In this document: positions 1-11,723 of the stretch, one piece after another
Numbering within the stretch: the first letter of the stretch is position 1
How the letters are laid out: each line of letters begins with the position of its first letter
DNA from: Dimorphilus gyrociliatus
Lineage: Eukaryota; Animalia; Annelida
Reading direction: 5' to 3'
Assembly (NCBI GenBank): GCA_904063045.1
Contig: CAJFCJ010000015.1
Location: 1,309,034-1,373,033 of the forward strand
Length of the DNA stretch: 64,000 nt
The notes under the pieces: generated by a model
Seen by the model: only the letters and a program-made list of their open reading frames with translations
The model's database searches: none
What the model was told of the DNA's origin: nothing
Program-made: the position numbers and the translations under genes

Positions 1-447
1 TCAATTATATATGTAAATATTAATTTTATATATCTGCTAAGTACCAAACGCGATCCTATTCAGATTGCTCTCCATATTGGTTTGAGGAAGCGTAAAGAAT
101 GACTTTTGAGAAAAATAAGGGCTCGGTTTTATCTATCTAGAAACATTATTAATAAAAATTTTGAGGGTGAAATAAAACTTTTACCTTAAGATTTGATCAG
201 GCTTAGTAACATTTCACTGGAACGAGGAAAATAATACAAAATTATGATTTATTAATTGACATACGAAATTCGAAATTCGCTATTACATATCAATTTATAC
301 ATTTCATTTAATCACTAATTTTTGACCTCCCGTCTCTTAGAAAAATCATTCAGTCCGATTCCTAAACCATACAGGTTGTAACCTGTCCAAGGCCGCGTTT
401 GTTAGTAACATCCAACAAAACATCTAGAAAACTCACTTTGATTTTGT

Positions 448-489
448 TTAAGAAGCTTTAGGAAACAGCGATAGCACTGGTGGTGACGA
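448..489 (-). CDS. Candidate alternative terminal exon of PPM1A/B (SSPPVLSLFPKAS*)
   Basis: Strong acceptor TTTTCTTGCAG at 491-490 followed by a phase-0 frame of 13 codons and TAA. It matches the phase-0 donor at 852. Confidence 0.35.
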   Translation of the reverse strand, partial: SSPPVLSLFPKAS

Positions 490-774
490 CTGCAAGAAAA
501 ATATTAAAAGACTTCTAAAAGAACTAAAAGACAAATCGACATTTTAATATGAGTAAATAATGTAATAGTTTTTAAACCTCGCCTATTTATAATATAACGG
601 CAAACTGAGACTAGTTTAATTTTTATATTGGAAGTTTATCGACGATTTACGTATATTAAAGACAAAATTAGAAAACGTAAAAACCGTCTGAAATATAAAG
701 TCCTTCTTTATGATACTAAAACACTAAAACAAAGATAGACATCTTGGTGCGCAAAGTTTATCATGCAAGCAATT

Positions 775-2224
775 TCAAACAAGTGACTTTACGCCCTTTC
801 TTGTCTACAAAAGCAAAAAACCGAATAAAATTCTTTAGTCTACGACATTTACCTCACTATCAGAGTTATTATTAGGCACTAATTCACGCACGAGTTCTTC
901 AACTAGATGCCGTCTGAAATAGTTAGATTTTGAAATTTTCAACTAGAAAAATTATAATATTAAATCTCCTTACTTGCTTTGCAATCCTCCACCCGGCGGT
1001 AATTCCAGTCTTACACTGTCGAGACAATTCATGACGTGGTTCACAAGGCTCGGTCCAGCTTCGTTCAATGTACCATCATCGGCACACAATTCTGCCATTC
1101 ATGAAGGTTTAATAGTTTAATGAAACGTAACTGTGTTTACAATCTACCAGTAACTTTTTTTCTGATGATTTCGTTTAGCTGTTCGTCTCTTTCCTTCGCA
1201 GCTTCGGAGAATTTTGGGGCACCCTCAAAAGCGACGATGACTACACTCATGTTGTCCCTGCTTCCCTGATTTTTGAAAATCACCAAAGGTTATCACTTAT
1301 TTTTGTTTTTCTATCATTGTTAATTGAAAATCGACGAACTTACCTTATGCAAGCATGTGTCCAATAATTGGTTGCACACATCGGTTAAATGTTCACATGC
1401 AGCCATGCGATCACGAACAAAATCGCAGACTTCATCATTTGTCATCACATCCCATACACCATCGCAGGCTAAAACCATGAATTCGTCATCACTTTTTCGT
1501 TCAATCACGGTTACATCAGGTTCAGGGGATACCATTTGTTCGCAAGGTCCTATTTTTCGAGGTAATATGCTTAAGAAAGAAAAAAAGGTTTTAGAAATTT
1601 ACCTAATTCCGGTTTGCACTTATATTCGTAATCTCCCAATGCCCTAGACACGGCTAAACTTCCGTTAACTCTTTGAATAAGTACAGATCCACCGGCATTT
1701 TCAATTCTTGCTCTTTCGTTCGGATTTGTAGGTTTATGATCTTCAGTTGCAAAAAGTACTGAATTATTCCGACTTAATACCCCTCTAGAATCACCGCAAT
1801 TAGCAAAATAATAATATTTAGGGGATACAAAACACGATATCGCCGTTGTACCACTCTTATCTGAATTTTGTACTACGTCAGGTAAACTTCTCATAGCTTC
1901 ATCTAGTTCTAAAAATCCTTCACGAATGCCTTTTTGTATTACTACGTTTTCGCAAGAAGTAATACCCAGGGTAAAATCTTGGTTCGCTTGTATGCAGTTC
2001 AGCAAATGTGCAGATGAATGAATGGATATTCCTGTGCCGGCATGACCATCAAAAACAGCAAAGAAAGCCCAGTCCTTATGATTGTCAAGGCCAATTTTCG
2101 CTGAATGAGCATCTTCCATTTCTACGCGCCATCCTTGCATAGAACCTATACCGTAGCGTATATTATTACCGGAATCCTCGGAATTATGCTTTTCTGTCTT
2201 TGGTTTATCCAAAAATGCTCCCAT
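775..2224 (-). CDS. PPM1A: Protein phosphatase 1A/1B (PP2C alpha/beta), 6 coding exons
   Basis: Starts [14 protein letters not shown] and carries PP2C motifs [56 protein letters not shown] and the C-terminal LPPGGGL. Exons on minus strand: 2224-1603, 1549-1344, 1265-1148, 1091-974, 913-853, 804-775, all GT-AG and in phase. The last exon (TRKGVKSLV*) is the least certain. The 1A vs 1B paralogue cannot be distinguished. Confidence 0.92.
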
Positions 2225-2785
2225 TCTTAATTTTTTTACAATATACTTGAAAAATGTTTTGCTAAATATCGCTTGGACTAATAGATAAACGAGTATGGTG
2301 ACTATTACTGTTACTAAGTCCACTTTGACGGTCGTTAACTGGACGGACTTTCAAAATATTTCGTCACAGAAAGAGCGGCAACATGAATCAATATCAGAAA
2401 AGTATCATTTTCCAGAACCTCTATAAAAGTAATGCTGATAAAAGAGTAAATATTTTACATAATATTACACAATTTATATTATATAGTCAAATTTTTCTCA
2501 CTTGTTAGTAATATATACAGGATTGACCAATGAATAGACTTTCCAGTACTGATCTGAAAAAGAAATTCCTGTCAAAGCATGCTCGCCCTTAGAATTTAAA
2601 TCAAAACGCCTTAAGTTCTTAAAATATTACCTAGGTTATTTTGAAGTCCAGTCGCTACGTGGATAAGACTAGCTCTTTTCAGTATTATGATAATTAAGAT
2701 CTGTACACTAATTAGAAAAACGCACACATGAACACATAATGTCAATGTCCAGCTTGTTTTCGTTATCGTTAAATTCGTTTGAAAG

Positions 2786-2832
2786 TGCGCATGCGCAACC
2801 TAGACGGCATAGTGACGTCATTTTTAACCAAT
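2786..2832. promoter_or_regulatory. Divergent PPM1A/RAB14 promoter core: NRF1 palindrome, CRE, CCAAT box
   Basis: TGCGCATGCGCA at 2786-2797, TGACGTCA at 2813-2820 and CCAAT at 2828-2832 cluster within 47 bp between two head-to-head genes. An ETS/GABP-type CCGGAAGT lies at 3045-3052. Confidence 0.6.
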
Positions 2833-3508
2833 CAGCATGTGTGTTTCATAATTAAGGTCACTATTAGGGAATCGTAAAATATAATAACGTGTCTGAAACT
2901 ACGAAATATAAATACGATAAAAGCAATATCTGTCTATAGATTCCCCGTTGAGTCGTTTGCAGAGGTTAATAATTTTAAAATTTTACTTTTTTCATAGAAA
3001 TTTGTCAATTTTAATATTAATTGTATTGTTTACGATTTGGCCATCCGGAAGTTGAATTTTGGGTATCTTTACAGACATCTTGCTAGATCATTTCTTGTAA
3101 ATAAATAAAAAATTCCTCTAAAGAAACTTAATTCATTTAATGTGCATTGTGTGACACTTCGTCTTCGGATAATCAGGTAACGAAGCAATTGTTTAAGCCT
3201 TGTAACTGCTTGTCTTCTTTTTAAACCTCTGCAACGTGTAATGTGAAAAATGATTCACGATCAGTTTTCTTTGTGCTCAATCAGTTGTGTTCCTTTTAAG
3301 TTAATCGAAATGATAAAATAGTTAGATTTTATTTATAAATAATTTTTAAATTTAAAAGAATAGAAATAGCAGTTTTGTAGTATTTAGTATGGGAAGACGC
3401 CCACTAGTTGTTCCATATTCATAGTACCTTATGATCGTATATTTAATATTTAAACAACAGTTTTTGATAAATAAAAAACCATTTAACCGATTAATCTTTT
3501 TTCTTTAG

Positions 3509-4453
<945 letters not shown>

Positions 4454-4586
4454 CGTATTTTATTGAGAAATTAAAACATTCCCATTGACAGAAATAATTA
4501 TCCTATCACGTGTATAAAATTCAAATGCGTAGATTTTTTTATAATAAATGTCAAAATTCGTTGCTATCGACGAATTAATTGTCTAG

Positions 4587-4612
4587 TATGATATATATGT
4601 ATATATATACTA

Positions 4613-4647
<35 letters not shown>

Positions 4648-4690
4648 TACAGTATATATATATTATATTACATATATATATATTTATATT
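4587..4690. repeat. Imperfect (TA)n microsatellite in the RAB14 3' region
   Basis: About 100 bp of interrupted ATATAT runs. Confidence 0.9.
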
Positions 4691-5199
4691 TACATTTGTA
4701 TTTTTTTTGTTTTAAAGCAATGGGGGAATTCAATTTTATTGTAGAAAATATAAAAAAATAAAATCTATATGATGTATGTATTTGTAGCAGAGTGTGTGAT
4801 GTACAGTATATGAAGTGACATATTTTTACAACGAATGGATACCGCATATACTTTATGAAAGCCAATATTATGTTTCTTTTTATCTAATTATTAGAAATAT
4901 TCCTCTGATTGTGTATATAATTTCAGTGGACTTGTGTCAAACTGTTTTACGGCTTCGATTATAAAATAAACTGTTTCTTATTGTTGAGGCGCCATCTATT
5001 GATTTATTTTCTGTCTGAACACGATTATATGCTGAACATACAAAATTTAGTCTCGTTTATTTCCACATTTTCTAGGTTCATAACTGATTCATTATTTGTG
5101 ATTTTGAACAAAATTCTAATAAACATCAAAACAAGTAATTCAGACTGGCCAACATTTTATTCATGATGACAAAGTATAAAATTACAGGTTATGTAACAT

Positions 5200-5334
5200 T
5201 TAAGAGTCTTTCTTTTTCATGTGCTTCACTCTCCAAGTCTTGAGTCTCCATCCAACGTAGATTCCGCCTACGAAGGCAACTGATACACATACAAAGAAGG
5301 CGGAAGTCGGCATTTCGATATCACTACTTCCCAT
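5200..5334 (-). CDS. MTLN: Mitoregulin-like single-pass microprotein (44 aa)
   Basis: ORF MGSSDIEMPTSAFFVCVSVAFVGGIYVGWRLKTWRVKHMKKKDS* in a locally GC-richer patch. It has the VAFxxGxxxGW + basic tail pattern I recall from vertebrate mitoregulin (VLVAFASGVLLGWQANRLRRRY), Kozak-like AAAATGG and AATAAA at 5161-5156. It falls below the ORF-track length cutoff. Confidence 0.72.
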   Translation of the reverse strand: MGSSDIEMPTSAFFVCVSVAFVGGIYVGWRLKTWRVKHMKKKDS

Positions 5335-5537
5335 TTTCGTTGATTTATACTCGCTATAGCTGGCCGCTGGTGTAGACGAAATAAGTTGCCTAGAGGTCTG
5401 AGTCTAGTATAAAAAGCAATCAATACACGTTCGTCCTGACATCTACTGATAAGTTGCGAAACAGCGATATTTTATGAATAAGCTTTTTGTATTTTACACA
5501 GTCATATTACAAAACAGGATTTACTAAGAGATAACAC

Positions 5538-7951
5538 TTAATTTTGACCATGACGTCTTTTATAGTCTTCTAAATTAAGCGATTTCTTCTGACTGCTGGG
5601 CTTTCCTTGCTGCTTAGCATTTGATTTCACACCCATATCTTATCGATGAGAAAAAAAGCTGACTTGAAAATTTGATAATTGTAAGTCAACACCTACCAAC
5701 GTGAGGGAGATCTATATTGATATTGACATTAAAATTATGAGCGTCGTATAAATTCATGGACGAATCATTCTGAAAATAAGTTTTGCTTTAACAAAATATT
5801 TATTCTACAGCGGAACACTGATACCTTATCTTCTGAGGTCTTTGACCGACCATCCTTTCCTTGTTTTATAGAAAATTCAGCTGCGACGTCTTCTGTAGAA
5901 ATTGGTTTATAAGCATCCATATAGCGTTGTTTTATTTGCGCATCAATTTCTGGATTCTTCGATTTTGTAACAAGAGTAGGTTTGCCTCGAGTACGCGTAA
6001 ACGGATCGGCTTTTGCCTTTTTCCTTTCAGCCGTTTCAGCTTTGAAAGCATCTTCGGCTCTTTTGACATTATCTTGTCTGTTTCGTTGGTTAATGGTTGA
6101 AACATTTCGAATGTTACTCGTCCTTAAACGATCAATCTCTTTAGCACGAGTTTCGAGTTCCTCTAACTGCCTTTTAATCTATTTACACATCAATTTTAAT
6201 ATTTATCACAAAAGAGAAAGCAAAAATACCTCTGATTCTTTTTCTCTATCATCATTTTCCATGGCGATATCTCTCTCCTTAAGAAGCTCAGTTTTCTTAA
6301 GAGCAAAATTATGCGGTGTCTTTTTAAAACGTTCCTTTTCTTTCAGGATAACATCTATATCTTTTTCTGCGAATTGATAATTAAGTGCACTTTTAATATG
6401 CTTAGTTTTGAGTTCAACATGTTCAGTTGATGGAAATGTTTTATATTTTTCATCCATTTGTTTTTTCCAAAAATTAAATTCAGAATCAGTGAAATCTTGG
6501 TTCGATATAAATTCAAGTCTGTTGATTCAGTGAAGGTTATTATCTTGCATGTAGCGATAGCGATTTTATACCTGTAAACTCTCTCAGAACCTGCACTTTT
6601 TAAGCGTAAGCCTTTGTTTGTGCGAGTCGACCCCAAGTTGTATATTTTACCCGTCTCAACCACATCGATAACTTCAGCAATTCTATAGACTGTGCTTCCA
6701 TTGTGGTTTCCTATGCCTAATATCATTATATCATAGATAAACGGCTTATCCCTTTGTTTATCCCTTACCTATTCGAACAAAACATCCAATGACAGTTTCT
6801 TTGAAGAATGGCATATGACACCACTTTTCCATTTTATGACGAGACAGTCTGATTTTGGACAATTCAGCCCGTGTTTGAATGTATTTAGGGGTATCCCTCC
6901 TTGGCGATAAGCTCTCTGCATCCGAATGTGAATCAGAACCTGAGTCGCTACTTGACGTTATGGTTGGAGTGAAATATGGAGATGATTTGTGTACTTTAAC
7001 TTTGTCTCTTGTAGAATCATCTGATGCTTCTCCTTCTTCGGAAGAGTCATCATCAGATTCATAAATATCTGAAACACGTAGCTTTTTTTCCTGAGCTTTC
7101 TTCCTTTCTTCTCTTTGAGCGTCTAAAAAAAAACTGTTTATTTTCTCAGCTCCCTTGGAGTCGCTATAGATTTACCTTGCTGAAGTTTTTTTTGACGTGT
7201 AGCCTTAAAATCGTCGAATATTGAATATTTATCACTTTTTTTCTCTTCAATCACTTTAAATTAAAAATAGTTTAAAGAAACGTTTTAATAGATATCAATA
7301 TTCAATCAACCTAACTGTCGCTCTGTCTGTTTTGCAGCTGGAGTAGGTCGAGATCGTTTTTTGGTTTGTGAGCTAGAAGCGGAATCATTTTTCGCCTTCC
7401 TCTCTTTCATGCTTCCTTGTTTCCTAGCTTTTCGCAATTTAACTTTAATTTCATGCTGGGTTTTCAAGCGTTCGCGTTCTTGCATACGACGATAAATTTC
7501 AGCCTCCCTTTCCCTTTGATTCAAAGAATTTAAAAATTCTTGATCTTTTTCATCTCCGACACAGGATTCATTAAAACCATCATCAAATTCACTATTAAAG
7601 TCAGATGAGGATGAACTAACTTCACCTATAAAGAAATAACTTTAGTCTCATGTTTGCGATAATAGGTGTATTTTGTACCCTCTTCATGGTCTGAGCCTTT
7701 GTTAGAAGACCCGTCTTCAAGTTCTGAATCAGAGTCTGAAGAAGATGATGAAGAACTAGAGGATGGCTCATCCACTTTGACTTTCTTGATATCTCTGGAG
7801 CTTGTATTTTCCTGTCATATTGAAAACCACGATGAAACCTAGTGGATTACACTTAAGGCTTAAGTGAAGTTTTCACCTGATCACTTCCAGCTAAGGAATC
7901 GCTGTCATCACTATCGCTACTGAAAACTACTTGCCCTTTACGTTTAGACAT
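5538..7951 (-). CDS. RTF1: RNA polymerase-associated protein RTF1 (PAF1 complex, Plus3 domain), 10 exons
   Basis: Exons 7951-7877, 7811-7679, 7625-7311, 7253-7176, 7122-6769, 6716-6572, 6518-6230, 6178-5825, 5769-5697, 5638-5538. Motifs: EFDDG..., Plus3 [32 protein letters not shown]...VYRIAEV, DPFTR, C-terminal [12 protein letters not shown]. Confidence 0.96.
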
Positions 7952-8777
7952 AACCCAGCGATTCTTAGAAAATTGTGAACTGATTTAAATTCCGGCCTAT
8001 ACAAAATACAGCTTCCGGTACGAAAAATCACATTAATTCAAAATTTAAAAATAAACATAACGGGGATTTAATAAGATCTGATATAGTATAAAGTATTTAA
8101 TATCGGCAAATTTGAAAAGTACGAAGATACGAAAAATACTACATGACGTCAATAGGGGAATTCCCGCAGTAAGGGAATCTCTGGCATTTGGAAGGAGTAG
8201 GCGCAGAGTCGCAGATATTAGGTGTAAAGGTTTGTTTTGGACATATTCTGACTGTTTCAAATGTACTTTCTTATTGTATCCATCAAATATTACATTGATG
8301 AGTAGATTAAGCAAAAAAACGATCGTAAATTTTAAAGCTTTTAGAGTAAAAAACATTTGGAATGATCGCGTTCCTTTTAATCACCATCATGGCATTCCGA
8401 ACCACCATGGACCAAAAGCGTTTATATGGTTTCTACTAATGCCTTTTTAGTATTCCACCTATATTTTACACATTACATGTTTGAATTTTTGAATACTACT
8501 TTGATGTAATACGTAGTTTGTCCATTAAATGTTTCATGGCCATCGACTACCTCTTATTGATCGATAGGCGGCGCTTCAATCGAAAGCTGTCAAAAACCCG
8601 CGCTTTTCACCGAGCGTTTGAACTCAAACAGTAGGTCGCGGGAGTTCGAAGGTTGCCTTAGGTACAACCGCCATTCACTTCTATATCGCCTACTCACTTT
8701 TACTTTTGATGCATTAGTTTATAGCATATATCAATAGTATGAATAACGATGACTGATAGGGTCTGACTGTACAGGAC

Positions 8778-11208
8778 ATGAGGGTGAATTCGAACAATCG
8801 ATTAACTGCAGAAGATGCTGCTCGACTTGCATCTCTACTACCAAAATCTCCGGCGGCGTCTGAAAATTCCGTTACCTCCATGGTTGAAAGCACGAATTCC
8901 GATGGCGGTTCTTATGACTTTTTCAGCACTAACAGTCCACCTGTCCTCAACCTCAGTCCAGCCCCATCTTTATCGCCGCCCGCCGCTGGTGCCTCTCTTA
9001 ATGCTACAACTTCCAATAACACGACGATTTGCGATAGACTTAGGATTTCGGCAAGACGTCGAACCGCAGACTCTGGTTCAACCTCCTCTACATTCCATTC
9101 AGGTAAGAACCCGTCAATGCATGCTTTGTGTTCGTATTTTAGGTATGCATGCACGTTGCTACCGCTACGTTCTTTTGTGCGTGTGTCGGGCAATGTGCAT
9201 TTTAAACAGGTGTTATAAATTGTCTTTATAATTTGCATAATTTATGCCCGCGCCGTGCTGAACCAAAGAATTCTTTTACGAGTTTTTACATTTTTATGCA
9301 GACGTGTCTTCCTCGTCTAACACCCCGTCCCCGTTTTGGAATGTATATGAAGAGAATGTGACCACTAGGCGAAGGGTAAATGATTTAACGAGCGTCGGCA
9401 AGATAATTCGACTTTAACGGCTTCTCTTGACAGGCTAACTCGAACGGAAGGGAAGATGCCATTCCGGCCGGTAAACGTCGTAAATTGTCGCAGGTTGTGC
9501 TGGATATTGCCCGCCAAACTGAAACGCCCACACCGCCAACTGAAGCGCCTACGGAAACGGAAATGAGGGCGCCCAGAGTGTCCCGCAGGATACAGCCCGC
9601 TCGTAGAGCGTCGGCTCTCAATCGAACAAACGCTTCTAGCACACAAACTAATAACAGGTATTTTATTTATATCCACTTGAAAAATATTCGCCATGCATAA
9701 CCTACTTTTGCTGTGCTAATTACTCGGTGTTTGTACTGTGAAGGCTGTATAGGCTGAGTGTATTGATTAGGCAATGACTGTACGTTATACAGCGGTTCAG
9801 TGCACTTGCACACATGCACTTTTTCCATATATCCAGAATGTTTACCTGCTTTCATCAGCCTGTTTGTTATAAAATTACTTAAAAGCGAACGAACAAAACT
9901 TAACAAGGTTAAAAATCTCTTTTCATTTTCAATAGCCTTCAGCTGTTAATGTAGGAGATGTTAAATTTGGATAGAAAACCAAATCTATCAGGCTTTTTGC
10001 TAATGAAAAGTGATTTATAGTGGTAAAGAATTTCTGATAAGCTGAAACGGATAAAAAGAATACGATAAAGCTGATAGCGTCTACTGACTGGTAGCAACTG
10101 TTCACAGTACTGAATTACCCTGCGAAATCGATATGCGCAATAAATTTAAAGCGTGTGCATCTACACAATATGTATACATGTTGTACATTTTAAATATAAA
10201 TCCTTTTTTCAGCCCTAACCGAGGAGCTGCTTCAAGTCGAAGAGTTCATATATCGAGAAGAAACCGTCAACAAGAGGCAACTCCTATTGACCGACATTCA
10301 GCATCAAATCAGCAACAATTTGGAAATCAGCATTTTCCACCTCAAGACCTAGGGCCCTTTGGAAACGCTTCCTCTAGCGTAGCTGCGCCACATTCATTAC
10401 ATAATGGTTGCAGCCATAACCATCAGCCACATTACGTGACTGCCGGTCACTTTCGGCACTGGTCGGCGGCACCGTATAATGATGCCTATGTAAATCCAAT
10501 GCATCATGCTATGCACATGACGTCGATGAGACACGCCATGGCACAAACCCCAACTCCTCCTGCCGCCCACTTTGCCCCAAGAAATCGCCGAGAAGATGTT
10601 TATGTTCATTCTCCTTTACATCCCATCTATATTCCACCGACAGACCATCACTTTGAGTCATATAGTCGGGCATCTATGAATAGTTGGAACTTTCCCATGC
10701 GTCGTCAACCACCGCCACCGTTATCGACACGTACTCTCTATCCCCCTTATTATCTTCTTAATTTACTTGGGGCTGTGATGGGCAATGGTGGTTCCTCAAG
10801 AGGTTCGACAACGCTAGATTACATCGATAGTAATGATGTTGGTCTCGAGAACTATGAGGCCCTACTTTCTTTGGCTGAACGCTTAGGTGATGCTAAACCA
10901 AGAGGGTTGCATAAATCAGATATTGAACGATTGCAAAGTTACCGATTCGAAACGACTGATCGTGAAGAAGGCGTTGATCAATCATCCTGTGTGGTATGCA
11001 TGTGCGATTTTGAACCACGACAGGTGCTTCGAGTGCTTCCTTGCCAGCACGAATTTCACTCGAAGTGCGTTGACAAATGGTTGAAGGTAGATATTTATAA
11101 AGAATTGATTTTGAAAATATTTTAAATATTTTTCTTTTTAAGACGAATCGAACCTGTCCAATCTGCCGTGCGGATTCGTCGAAAGGTCTGCTGGAAAAGT
11201 GTAAATAG
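8778..11208 (+). CDS. RNF38: RING-H2 E3 ubiquitin ligase, RNF38/RNF44 family
   Basis: Exons 8778-9102, 9302-9375, 9434-9657, 10213-11086, 11143-11208. Low-complexity N-terminus, then ENYEALLSLAERLGDAKPRGL and RING-H2 CVVCMCDF...[26 protein letters not shown]. The 5' exons are less certain. RNF38 vs RNF44 is not distinguishable. Confidence 0.87.
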
Positions 11209-11723
11209 ATGGAAGACGAGTGTGTTCTTGCTGGTGCTAAAGTGGTTCCTTTCGGCTACGCGCGCAATGTCTTCGTTTCGACTGCCAAATAATGTCATGT
11301 TGTAAAAATTGTGATACTAATTTTTTTAAAGAAACACATGGCGCATGGTTTTGTATAACGTAAGAAAGCTAATATTTTCTTGTGCAGCTCATTTAACAGT
11401 TTTCATTCGAAAAATGCACGAACGCTTCTTTTACCATGAGATGCATATGCATGTTACACTTTTCGTAGCTTTAAATTGTAGTTCAATGTACCGATTGTGA
11501 ATACTGGTTATACTATAAACCAATTATGTTAACGTCGATGGAAAACAATGCCGTTGTCAAATTTCTATTCGTTTTCAAATACAGAATGCAAAACGCCTTT
11601 TATTCGGTAAGAATTTTTAGAATCTTATTTCAAAATGCTTTGGACAGACTCTTCATCAACATCAGCAGGAGGAACACAGCAAATTGAATTCATGACGTCT
11701 GCAGGAATTATTTGTGGTGCAGG

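Noticed and set aside
4579-4865. ORFs rich in Y/I
   Set aside because: They are translations of the (TA)n microsatellite and AT-rich UTR.
8560-8674. Minus-strand MAVVPKATFELPRPTV-TGA frame as a selenoprotein
   Set aside because: Two in-frame TGAs, no redox motif, no resemblance to a known selenoprotein, and no SECIS identified.
8590-8680. tRNA or SRP/vault RNA call from GAGTTCGAA / GAGTTCAAAC
   Set aside because: No cloverleaf and no recognisable family consensus. Kept only as an unassigned structured-leader finding.
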